Both the position numbers and the translations under genes were made by a program. Positions 20,682 through 31,003 of a DNA stretch of 64,000 nucleotides are shown here, piece by piece. Source of the stretch: Phaeosaccion multiseriatum (taxonomy: Eukaryota; Protista; Ochrophyta, other classes); assembly GCA_965112735.1 (NCBI GenBank), contig OZ218951.1, positions 5,580,001 through 5,644,000 on the forward strand, read 5' to 3'. The notes beneath the pieces are model-generated. The model was not told the DNA's origin. It made no database searches and saw only the letters and a list, made by a program, of their open reading frames with translations. The stretch's first letter is position 1. Every line of letters begins with the position of its first letter.

Positions 20682-21710
20682 ATGGAAGCTAGGAAGGAAA
20701 AGCTTGCGGCTCTACGGGCCAAGAGGGACAAGGTGACGGCAGTGGAGGAGGAGGATCAGCAGCAGCGGCAAGAGAAACAGGGACAGGAGGAAGGCAACGG
20801 TGAAAAGCAGGAGGGGAAGGGTGGAGCACCAAAGAAGGGCTTCACTACGGCCCTGGCGGCTGCTGGACCGGGGTTGGTGCAAGCAGAGGCGGCCAGTGTC
20901 TTCGGGAAGGCATCAGGTACCCGTAGCGTGGCAGAGGCAGGCGCGTTCGTAGGCTGGGGTGGCAAGCGACCTCGCAATGGCGACTCTAGGGGCACAAAAG
21001 AAGGGAGAGGCATGCCTGGGCAGCCGCCGCCGCCGCAGCGGCAGCAGCAGCAGGAGGGCCGCCAACAAGGGCGGGGTCACGTGAATTTCCCCCCCCACAA
21101 CACACTCATGGGCCAACAAATGCCCAACTTTCCCACCCAAGGATGGCGCGGGGGGAGGGGGCCGGGTCCTGGCGGGAACGGCGTATATCCACGGCAGCAG
21201 CAGCAGCAGCAGTATCCCTGTCTGGTTGGAGGGCGGCCCATTCCGCAATTCGGGCAGCAGCAGCAATCTTATCAACAACAGCAGCAGCATCAGCCCCTCG
21301 CTCCGCCTCCACCTCCGCCCCCGCCTCCACCACCGCCACCGCCTGCCCCTGTAGCTGGAGGGGGTGGTGGAGGTGTGGGGCCGCCGAACGCACAGGCCAT
21401 GCACGAGTACAACTTCAAGATGCAGCAGATGCAGCAGAGACCGCAGAACAGAGGCCAGCAGGTGATGATGATGCAGCAGCAGCAGCAGTACGGAAGAGGA
21501 GGAGGAGGAGGAGGAGGAGGAGGAGGAGGAGGAGGAGGAGGAGGAGGAGGAGGAGGAGGAGGAGGGAGGGGGGGGGGAAGGGGTGGACGAGGGAGAGCTG
21601 GAGGTCGAGGGGTGATGGGGAGGGGCGGGGGCTGCTTCAAACCGTCCTTCGTGGAGGACCCCTGGGCGAGGCTCATGGCGCAGCTTCCCCGTCAGAACAG
21701 CTCATATTAA
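20682..21710 (+). CDS. MPLKIP/TTDN1-SICKLE-like low-complexity protein
   Basis: Intronless. N-terminal MEARKEKLAALRAKR helix, Q/P/G-rich middle, RGG tract, and C-terminal FKPSFVEDPW resembling the (F/Y)KPSM(L/V)EDPW motif of MPLKIP/SICKLE. An upstream in-frame ATG at 20571 is an alternative start. Confidence 0.65.
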   Translation: MEARKEKLAALRAKRDKVTAVEEEDQQQRQEKQGQEEGNGEKQEGKGGAPKKGFTTALAAAGPGLVQAEAASVFGKASGTRSVAEAGAFVGWGGKRPRNGDSRGTKEGRGMPGQPPPPQRQQQQEGRQQGRGHVNFPPHNTLMGQQMPNFPTQGWRGGRGPGPGGNGVYPRQQQQQQYPCLVGGRPIPQFGQQQQSYQQQQQHQPLAPPPPPPPPPPPPPPAPVAGGGGGGVGPPNAQAMHEYNFKMQQMQQRPQNRGQQVMMMQQQQQYGRGGGGGGGGGGGGGGGGGGGGGGGRGGGRGGRGRAGGRGVMGRGGGCFKPSFVEDPWARLMAQLPRQNSSY

Positions 21711-21878
21711 TTCTAAAATTAACACTAACGTATAACACAATCTTAATTGTATAGAAAGCTTTGACAGGTCCGAGTTGGGCCAGAGAAGAGCTCTGGGGTG
21801 GAGACAACGACGCTTCCTGCGGTCGTTCGGTCCTCCTCACCACCCAACCATCTCTCTACGACACCTTGTCTGTGAGAT

Positions 21879-23900
21879 TCAAGGCCTGTCAAAAGGGCTG
21901 TAGTCACTGCACAAAAGCTTCGCAAAGGGTTCGAACACCTTAGTCAGTGGTTTGGGGTCGTCCTCCCCCCCCTCTGTAGCTGCCGGCTCCTCGGGCAACA
22001 CTTTGGTGAGGGGGAGAGGTACCGGCACGCGCCGCTCTGCAGCAGCCGCCATAGCCTTGAGTTCCTCCCACGTCTTCCACACCCACCCTTCGCACTTGTG
22101 AGGCTCCAGTAAACGCGGCTCCCCTTCCCCTCCATCGTCGCCATTGCCCATATGCTTGCTACTGCTACTGCTCCTGCTACTACTGCTGCTGCCCCTCCTC
22201 TTCCTCCCCTCGCCGCTCATCTGCACGGCGCTCTGCATATGAATGGTCACAAAGTGCAGTCCGTCCTTGGGCCTCGGATCGTTGGACACCCAAACGAACT
22301 CCGGTGTGTGCAGGCTGAGACCCGTCTCCTCCTTGACCTCGCGCAGGGCACACGCCTCCCAAGACTCTCCCATCTCCAGCCTGCCCCCCGGAAGCGCCCA
22401 GCAGCCTGAGCCGTGCGCCCCCTTCCTCTTGCCCACCAACACGCAGCCTTCGTGGCGGGGGTGGGTGACTATACAGCCGACGCCAACCGAGGGATGGCTC
22501 CCCACGGGGTAGCCTCCTTCTCCTTGCGCACGTCGTAGACGGCTTGCACCACCGTCACCCTCACCAGCATTCCCACCCTCTTCATCCTCATCCTCATCGT
22601 CGTCGTCAGCTGCAGTCAGCGAGTCCGCGTCAGCATCCCCTGTATTCGACGGCAGCGGTATCGGGCTGCTCCCCCCTTCCCCGTCCGATGCCATGCCCTC
22701 CAGCAGCAGGGCCTCCGCCTGCTCCTCCTGCTCCTCCTGCTCCTCCTGCCCGAGTACGTCATTGCCCAGTTGGTGCAGTTGCTGCGGGTTGGCGCTAAAG
22801 GGGGTGTCCGTCGCAAGGAACGCCGCCGCAGTCCGCATCAAGTCGCCCCTCGACAGCTGCGACATTTGATAGTAGGGAGCCCCCTCGCCCACATGGCAGT
22901 CCAGCATATTGTCCCAGGGCATGGTCTCCTGCGACAGGGGGCCGGGTTGGCTGCCCCCCCCCAACCCCATAAGACTGTCCATACGCTCCAACGGAGCCCC
23001 TCCCTCTGTATTACCAATTGCTCCTCCGGCCTCCTCTCCAAATCCGGCACCAAGGAGGTCTGGAGCCGCAGCTGGAGCGCCGGGTGGGCCATCCTCTGAA
23101 CCACCCCCGCCCCTTCCTGCTGGCCGCTGCTGCTGGGGAGGCGCCGGCTGGTTCTGCGACTCTCCCTGCGAGAGCTGACTTGCGCACACGAGGGTGTCGT
23201 CGCTCTCCTTGTAGGTCTCGATGACCACCTGCTGCCGCTTGAGCTCCCTCGCCATGCAGATGATCATCGCGTTGGCCCTGCGCAGACGCTCCTCTCTGTC
23301 TGCCACGGCGAGGCGAGGGTCTGTGGGTGCTTCCTGTGAGGTCAGCCGTGTTCGTGTGGTTTGTGTGCATTCAAGCGGTAGGCAATCGGAAGCCGCCGGA
23401 AGCAAACGTGGTCAGGGTTATCGACAGGTGTTCACCAATGGTAGCAAGCAAGGAGGGAGAAAGCTGAAGAGCTGGAGGGGGTGATGAGAAACAATCAGAG
23501 TGACGTGTGGACAATCTGTGCACCGACTCACCCGCCGCAGCCGCCTCTTCGCAGGGGGGCGCCCATTCGCACTTGCCGCCGCCCCCCCCCCCCCTGCTCC
23601 TCCTCCTCCTCCTCCTCCCCCTCCTCCTCCTCCGTCGACAGGAGCAGCAGCAGAAGTACTCCCGCCCCCCTTATTCCCCGAGGTCCGCAAGGGGCCCTTT
23701 CTCTCTGTCGTGGCACCACTGTTGCCTTCTCTCCTCCTCCCCCTCCCCTTGGACGCCGCCTTCTTTCTCGGTTGTTTTGGTGAGAAGTCCTCGTCATCAT
23801 CGTCCTCCTCCTCTTCCTCGTCCTCCTCCACCTCGTACTCATCGTCATCGTATTCCACCTTTGGCCGCTTTTGCGCCGCCCTCCTTTTCATCCCACTCAT
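21879..23900 (-). CDS. NUDT15/MTH2-like Nudix hydrolase with long N-terminal extension
   Basis: Exon 1 at 23900-23532 and exon 2 at 23333-21879 (phase 0). VGVGCIV..VLVGKRKGAHGSGCWALPGGRLEMGESWEACALREVKEETGL (Nudix box), HFVTIHM and EPHKCEGWVW are typical of NUDT15/AtNUDX1. Confidence 0.85.
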
Positions 23901-24397
23901 ACTCCACCCTAGACGTGGAGGAGGGTTGGGGCGCGTAGCACAAAGCAGCCAGCTTCTCCTTGAAAAGCCGCAATCTCTCTATAACCCTTTCGGGCCTTGG
24001 GTCTCACGCCTCAGACCCACTTCCGTCCTGCCTCCGATGGCCCTCCTGACTTCCTCTCTCTGGCAATGATTTGGAAAATGATCCGATCCTTCTCCTTTCC
24101 CTTTGTTGGGATAATAAACGCAGCTGACCGAAAAACGAGATAATACTCTTGGACACGATGGGGTGCTACCGTTCTGCTTGTCTGCTTGATGAGAGAGAGT
24201 CTGCTGTAGATGGGAGAGGATGAAGAGGTAAGAGGGGTGGGGGAGTGGGAGAGAGCTCGGAAGGATGGCACTTCGTGGCGTTTTTCTCCCTCTCTCCTAT
24301 CCTACAGAATCATTTTCCTCATTTTGAGGAGAAAAGCCGCAGTGTGCTCGGGACAGGGGGCTGCAGGAGGGATTGGTACACTCGCTGAGAAGGGAAG

Positions 24398-25215
24398 ATG
24401 ACCGTGGGTGAATTGAAGTCGGAGAGCGGCACTCTTGAGTGCAAACGTGGCGCAAAACTGGGGGAAGGTGATGAAATGGAGGAGAGCCCCGTGAACGTGA
24501 GCGGGAAGGTTGGGAGCGATGCTTTCACCAACACATACACATCTACTGTGAAGATGGAAGCACCGAGCGAAGCCCAGGGAACCGCAGAGATGGGGGGCGG
24601 AGCACTGGATGGTGCGCCGCTGTCGGGCTTCAGGGCCGCTAGAAGCACTCCGATTGAGGGCCTTGGGTGGGGACTCACGCAGCAGCAGGCAGAAGCAGAA
24701 GTACCAGAACACGCGTTGGGCGCCATCGACAAACAGACTGCAGAACAAGCGGTTGGCGCCATCAACCCCTTCTATTCTTGTGCGGCTGAGCTGAGTGTAC
24801 AGGACCATGAGGCCCCGCAGGACCTGCGCGTACTGGTTTGTGATGGTGAGCAGGAGAAGGATGGGGAGCAGGAGAAGGACAGGCCACCTTCCAACAAGCG
24901 CAAGCGTCAGCACGATGTGCAGACACAGCTGGAGTCAAGTCTCGCGAGAGTGAGGGAGCTGGAGAGGGCGCAGGCGACCATGACTGCCGAGCACAAGAGA
25001 CAGCTCAAGGGGAGGGACGAAGAGGCGGCTCGTGCCGTGCAGGAGGTGGTGGCTCAGATGGACCAAGGAGTCCTCCATGTGCCGGATGCAGTGCGAGGCA
25101 AGAAGGAACAGGCCAAGGCTGGCGCCGCCAGCACGACTTCGAGCTGGAAGGGGCGCACAAGAGGTGCTGCGCGTCGAAGTGGCGGCAAAAAGGCAGCAGG
25201 AAAGGCAGCAGGAAA

Positions 25216-25257
<42 letters not shown>

Positions 25258-25603
25258 GAGGGGTATGGCTCAAGAGGCGGAGATGCGGGGGCGGGAGTCA
25301 GCCAAGATGGTAGAGGAAGAGATGCACACGCTGCGGGCGGAGAAGCAGGCTCTGACGCAACAAGTGGAGCTTGCGAGGACGGCCTTGCAGCAGAAGGAGC
25401 AGGAGGTGCGTTACCGACTCCTCCTGGGACAGCAGCAAACGGGGCACGTGCTCATGCTCGAGAGGCGGCAGCAGCAGGGCGAGATGCACGTGTTGAGGAC
25501 GCAGCTGGAGGGGGCCAATGCCGAGCGGGACCAGTACAGGGAGAGGCTCGAGCAGCTGCTGGAGGGAAGGGAAGACACACCACAGCGGCGGTTAGTGGTG
25601 TAG
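24398..25603 (+). CDS. Hypothetical coiled-coil protein
   Basis: 401-aa intronless ORF, E/Q/R/A-rich with heptad-like C-terminus and an NLS-like KRKR. Divergent from the Nudix gene. Confidence 0.6.
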
Positions 25604-26065
25604 GGGGGTTTCTTTCGGCCCGGCAATTGTGGGCAAGAGGAGGAGGGAAGGGAGGAGAGAAGAGGAGAAGGAAACAAGGTGGCAGCTGAGGCGACCATGT
25701 GGGCAGACATGTACAGGAGGAGTCTTTCACAAGTGAAGCAGTGGCGGCTCTCCCAGGACTCGCTTCCCTAAGGTCCTTGGGACTGACTAGTGTGTCGCTG
25801 AGAACCACCCGCAAACTCTCAGGGTCGAAGTGGTGCAGAGGTTGGTGGATCGTTGGGACAACTGCGGACTCTCGTACAAGAGGCGAAATGGGGTGCACAG
25901 GATTTGGTTGGATCGTGGGGTAAGCATCAGGTTGTAGGTAGTTTGTAGCGCTTTGTAAATTATAAGACGCATTGTAAGTTGGTCATTCACTTGAAGAGGA
26001 AAGGACTGCTGGACTGCTGGAAGGTGGGGCATCACGGTCGGTCCTGGACCTAGACAAGGTTATCT

Positions 26066-26118
26066 TCGGCCCCTGACATGCTTCTGAGGCGACCCTGCTT
26101 CCTGGCTCTGGCCGGCGC
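26066..26118. mobile_element. Terminal 53 bp of MITE family A, interrupted by family B
   Basis: TCGGCCCCTGACATGCTTCTGAGGCGACCCTGCTTCCTGGCTCTGGCCGGCGC is nearly the exact reverse complement of 5601-5653. Confidence 0.85.
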
Positions 26119-26465
26119 TCGACCCCTGATACACTATCCGCTATCCGCTATCGCCGGCGCCAGCCCGCTTTGGGGGGGGGGGGGGTTGGGGCGTGCTATC
26201 CGCCAGCCGGCGCGCTATCCGCTATCGGCCGGCGGCACGCTATCCGCTATCGCCGGCACGCTATCCGCTATCGCCGGGGCCCGATAGCGCGTTATTCGAC
26301 CCCTGACACACTACCGCCCACATTCTCGATAGCGCGCTATCGATAGCGGATAGCGTGCCGGCTGGCGCCGGCCGATAGCGGATAGCGCGCCGGCTGGCGC
26401 CGGCGATAGCGGATAGCGGATAGTGTGTCAGGGGTCGACGCTATCGAGGATGTGGTTAGCTAGAT
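26119..26465. mobile_element. MITE family B, nested pair: outer degenerate copy from 26119; inner complete 143-bp copy at 26296-26438 in opposite orientation
   Basis: Termini TCGACCCCTGA(C/T)ACACTA at 26119 and 26296, and TAGTGTGTCAGGGGTCGA ending at 26438. The inner copy is flanked by CGTTAT (26290-26295) and CGCTAT (26439-26444). Internal CTATCCG/CGGATAG repeats. Confidence 0.8.
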
Positions 26466-26746
26466 GTGGTCCCCCTTCTTCGCGTGGATAACCAACTTGT
26501 TTTGCACAGGGGATCCGAAATTTTAGATTTTGCATTTTGGACTTTCATGTGTAAACCCATTCCACCCCCCCCCCCCTCCCTTTTGGTCATCTAGATCCCT
26601 CTCATTCGGCCCCGCGGTCTTTTTTACTGTCTCTGAACCTTGGCCCTCCTTGGCTGGGATTGCTGCTTTGGAGGTAGGCGCTTTTGCCAACCTGGGGTAC
26701 AGATTACCTACCGCCTCTACGGCCCCACCCCGGCCGGGCTTTAGCC

Positions 26747-28235
26747 ATGGAGAACACAGAGCAAAGAACAAGTTGCGAGGGGAAGAAGAGCTTTGAGGTA
26801 GGTTACTGGAGAATTTCCCCCGATGCTGAGCGAGCTTGCTGTGAAGCTCGCTAGACTGATGTGGATGGCGTGGCGCTGATTTCAGGGTCCGTCCCCTCTT
26901 CCTTCTCTTACGCTTCAAGCACCTTTGCCCCCGGCCTGTACTTGTTTGTTGCATAGCAATAAAAAAATCTCCGTCTCCCCCTCCTTCTCGTGACAGGCCC
27001 AGCGTCTGCGCTACGCTATCGAGAACGAGAAGAATATCAGCGAAGTCAGAGCCGCTGTGAAGGCACTAAGAAGGGGAGGGGCATGCCTTGAGAAGGCCAT
27101 CGATGAATACGGTTACACTCCAATATCCCTCGCAGCATGTAAGAACCGAGCTGACGTTGTCGGTATGCTGCTCGAAGAAGGAGCGTCTCCGAATACGCCT
27201 GTCGGACCGAAAGGAGAGACTCCCATCGCCATTGCAAGCTTCGATGGGAGGGAGGAAATTGTACAGCAACTTCTCTCTGCAGGGGCGTCAGTGAACACAC
27301 CAAGTCGTCGGACCCTAAAAACGCCCCTGCATGCGGCATGTGATCGGGGTCACATCGCCATCATTAGAGTCCTTGTGGCATACGGAGCTGATATCGAGAG
27401 TGGCGATGCTCAGGGGTGGAATTCACTGCATGCCGCTGCATTCCGTGGGTATCCTTTGGTGGTGAGAGCCCTTCTTACGGCGGGCGCACGCACTGACGTG
27501 CTCTTCAACAGCGCAGGCGGCTCGCCCCTCTATTTCGCCTCTCAAGAAGGGCACCATCGTGTGGTGGAGGAACTGCTGTCGGCAGGCGCCGAGGTGGACA
27601 TTTTGCTGTCCGATGGGCTTGCTCCTCTTCATATAGCAGCCCAGAAGGGCCATGTAATGGTGATCCGTGCCCTCCTCGCTGCGGGGGCGGAGGTGGACAG
27701 GAAGGGAGGCAGTCCATTAAGGACCCCGCTGCTCGCGGCAGCAGATCAGAATCACGTCAAGGCCATGCAGGAACTGCTTAGGGTAGGGGCCTCTACTGCC
27801 GAGGCTCTGATGTTGGCTCGAGAGCTGGGTATGCATGAATGTGCTGATCGCCTACTGGCCGCGGACAAGCACTACTCCGACTCCGTTAGACGCAACTCGG
27901 CGTCTCTCCGTGTGGTGGACGTGATGATGCTGCGCGATAGCGTTGGTAGCATGGCGGCGGAGGAGGAGGTGCACAGTCAGCAGCAGGGAGGGGCGTGGCA
28001 GGGGGGGATTCGCCCCGAAGCGTTGGAGGGGACTGCACCAGCATGCACGAAGGAGAAGCGGAAGACAGTAGAACGAAAAGAGAGGAGACGGTGTCAAGCA
28101 CCGGCGCAGTCGCGAGCGAGGCTTTCGCAATGGTTCCACAAGCTCGGCCAGCGGCTGGGCCCAGTTCATGCAATACGTACGCCTATTTGGGGGAGAAATT
28201 CAATTGGTCCATGGAGGGATCGCTCTGGTGTGTGA
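26747..28235 (+). CDS. Ankyrin-repeat protein (paralog 3) with C-terminal extension
   Basis: Predicted exon 1 at 26747-26797 (MENTEQRTSCEGKKSFE|gtaggt) and exon 2 at 26997-28235 starting AQRLRYAIEN, with about 7 ankyrin repeats. The 3' end is uncertain. Confidence 0.8.
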
Positions 28236-28657
28236 CGCCACGCAGGGCACAAGCAAGGCGGAGAGCAATGTGGGGGGTGGGCGGTGCGGCTGGCAGCAGC
28301 TGCAGGGCAGGCAGGGCACAAGATGAATGAGTGGAGGGGAGCTCTCGAACAAGAGCGAAACAGCACGCAAGTGGAGGAGAGTGGTGGTAGCAGATGCGCC
28401 TCCGCAACAACGTAAGCAAGTGGTGATGTACAGTCGGCCCACATAAGTGGGGTGATCTACAGTCGGCCCACGAAGGACCTATGGTCCATCCCCGAAACGA
28501 CCAAATATGAAAATGGCATATTCTTGTCTGACACTTTGCGCGGTAGCCCGAGCCCCGTTTGAAGAAGCAATGCCCTCCTCACAGTTGGCGCATTTTGGGG
28601 CATTTCCCGCCAAGAAGGGTATGGGGAGCTTGCCTCTCGGAGAAGGGAGAAACAGCA

Positions 28658-28755
28658 CACAATAGGGAGGGGGATAGAAGGACAGATTGATGGTTGAGAG
28701 GACATCCACAATAGGGAGGGGGATAGAAGGACAGATTGATGGTTGAGAGGACATC
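28658..28755. repeat. Perfect 49-bp tandem duplication
   Basis: CACAATAGGGAGGGGGATAGAAGGACAGATTGATGGTTGAGAGGACATC occurs twice. Confidence 0.9.
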
Positions 28756-29099
28756 CGCTTGGCGCAGGCGAAGGCACGACATGGCACACAGGCTTGACAT
28801 GAGGGGTGGGGGGGGAGGGGCAGAAGGCCACATTGTGGGAGTTTAGGGGGTGAGTATCGCACACTCTGGTGTAAAAGGCCAACCAGCAAGCTTCGAGCCA
28901 CGCTCGACGACGGAGCCATCGACAAGGCGAGGCTCTGTGGTGTCAGGACAAGAAGTGTTTAGCGAAAGAAAGGAACGAGCACCGCTCTTGACTGCGTAGT
29001 CGTTCGTGCTCGTTTACATCTTGCTCCCTTCGAGGGCTTCGGTCTCGTTGCTGGCCCATCCCTCGCCACGCTGATACTGCGCCATCGCTTGCCACAGAG

Positions 29100-30821
29100 C
29101 TAGAGGACCCCCGGTGGCGGGCGCCACAGACACAAAAGGTTGTCATAGAAGGAGCAGCTGGCCGCCAGCCCCCCTGCTCTCTCGAAGGGGTCGGTGGAGG
29201 CGTAGCACCAGTCCGCGCCGTACGCCATGGAGCGGTGGCGGCAATAGCTCGCCATGATGGTGTCTGTGGGACTGGTCAGGGTGGGGGTGGAATCCCCTCC
29301 CCCCGCCCCTGCTGCGGCTGGCCCCTCCTCGACTGTGGGGGACATGTTGACTATCCGCACTCCCGCGTGCATGCAAGCCGCCAGCAGCACGTCGTCATCG
29401 CCTTGGCCGCTGCTCAGACGCTGCCCAACGCCGTCGTTATCCACTCTTTCTTGTTCCGCCACTACTCTCTTCCGAGGCAGGGCCGCCCTCCACTTTAGTC
29501 TCCACAGCCCGCCAGATGTGGGGCACTCCCTCACTGGGTGCTTCGTGTGGCGCATGTCCCACAACCGTATCACCTCGTCGTAGGAGCCGGATGCAAAGTA
29601 GTGCTCACGCTTGGGGTGCCACTGCCCCGTGGTCACCCCCATATCGTGTGAGGTGTTGACGAAAGTCGGTGTCTCTTGCGTGCCGTCGGAGCCATCAGAG
29701 CCACTGTCAATAGTCCTCAGATCCCAGCCCTTCATTAGGCAGTCATCTCCCCCGCTGATGACGATGTTCGGGTCGTGGGGGCTGGAGAAGGCAATCCACG
29801 CCTCGATGGGCATACTGTGAAACGTGTGTGCCCGCCATCGCTTCTCTCGCACCAGCGTCACTGCCTCTCCGCCCCCCCCCTCCCAGTCCTCTTGGTCCAC
29901 CCCCCCTCCTCCTGGGTGTTGCTCCACCTCGACGCGCCAAGTGCTCACCGAACCGTCTGACTCGCTCACCACAAGGCGGTCCTCTTGTGGGTGCGAGGAG
30001 CCCGTCTCTAACTCGCCTCCCAATAATGCCTTCCCCAGCCATTCCACTGACAAATAAATGTGGTTCACCGCCGGCCTGCTCACAGCTCGTTCTCGCAGAA
30101 ACAGGCGACATCGCCCCGTCCCTCCCTGGCCATCGGCTGGGTCTCTCCGCCTTCTGCTGCCTTCCCCATGCTCTTCTCCCCGCAGCTGGTGGGCACCACT
30201 GTGAAGCGTGTACAGCCTCAGCTCTCCCGTCGAAGTCACAGCCGCCAGCGCAGGACAGGGGGCACAATCAGTGCCCCCACCACGGCCCTCGTCGGGAGGA
30301 GTGCCCCATTGCACGGCGCGCTTGTTCCAGCGAGAGTCCAGCACCCCGCCCGGCAGACACACCTCGGCAGTCTGCATCAAACGGTACTGGCTGGCCCCCG
30401 AGTCGTTCACAGTTCCCCCGCCTGCTTGAGTCAGCGGCGGTGGGTCTGGCTCTGCGACGGCCACCTTACCCTCATTCGAATCTGGAGTAGTAGAGAGCAC
30501 GTACACTTTAATCTCGCCCTCCCTTTTCTGCATGTTTCCCCGCGCATCCTGGTCTAGCCCAGCCTCAGCCTTCGCGCTCTCGCTCCCATCCTCCCCCTGC
30601 CGCTCCTGATCCTTACTTGCATCGGCTCCTCCTTCTCCACTTCTGTCTTCCTCTTGCTGCTCCCCGCCTTTGCCTTCCTCCAAGAAATACGTGCAGCAAA
30701 CCACGGCCTCTTCAAAGCCCGTCACAGGGCACCACTCCACGCTGCACGCTCCAAGGCGAGTATCAATCTCCTGGAGCGTCTCTCCCTCACCAACAACGCC
30801 ACCCGCACTAGGCTCCCTCAT
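29100..30821 (-). CDS. DPH7: Diphthine methyltransferase / diphthamide biosynthesis protein 7 (WDR85), WD40
   Basis: Intronless, 573 aa. Motifs ACSVEWCP..CTYFL, RAH..EAWIA..SGGDD..GWDLR, HDMGVT...FASGSYDE.IRLWD.R, GGLWRLKW, LAACMHAG, HRSMAYGADW, ASCSFYD.L.LW. Confidence 0.92.
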   Translation of the reverse strand: MREPSAGGVVGEGETLQEIDTRLGACSVEWCPVTGFEEAVVCCTYFLEEGKGGEQQEEDRSGEGGADASKDQERQGEDGSESAKAEAGLDQDARGNMQKREGEIKVYVLSTTPDSNEGKVAVAEPDPPPLTQAGGGTVNDSGASQYRLMQTAEVCLPGGVLDSRWNKRAVQWGTPPDEGRGGGTDCAPCPALAAVTSTGELRLYTLHSGAHQLRGEEHGEGSRRRRDPADGQGGTGRCRLFLRERAVSRPAVNHIYLSVEWLGKALLGGELETGSSHPQEDRLVVSESDGSVSTWRVEVEQHPGGGGVDQEDWEGGGGEAVTLVREKRWRAHTFHSMPIEAWIAFSSPHDPNIVISGGDDCLMKGWDLRTIDSGSDGSDGTQETPTFVNTSHDMGVTTGQWHPKREHYFASGSYDEVIRLWDMRHTKHPVRECPTSGGLWRLKWRAALPRKRVVAEQERVDNDGVGQRLSSGQGDDDVLLAACMHAGVRIVNMSPTVEEGPAAAGAGGGDSTPTLTSPTDTIMASYCRHRSMAYGADWCYASTDPFERAGGLAASCSFYDNLLCLWRPPPGVL

Positions 30822-31003
30822 GTGACTGAGGGGAAAGAGAAAGATGAAAGATACAAAAATTTAAAGGAATGTAGGCGTGTTGGTTGGCCGCTTCACAGGC
30901 TGACAACTTTTCCCTCACTTCCCCTTGTGTGATACCTTCTGTCCCCTCTTCCCCATCTGTCTCAGCTTGAGCCACGAGTGATAGCGGTACGACGGGCACA
31001 ACG

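Noticed and set aside
26119-26438. Single element with 47-bp TIRs and 3-bp TSD CGC
   Set aside because: A third terminus at 26296, the 6-bp duplication and the resumption of the outer copy after 26444 fit a nested insertion better.
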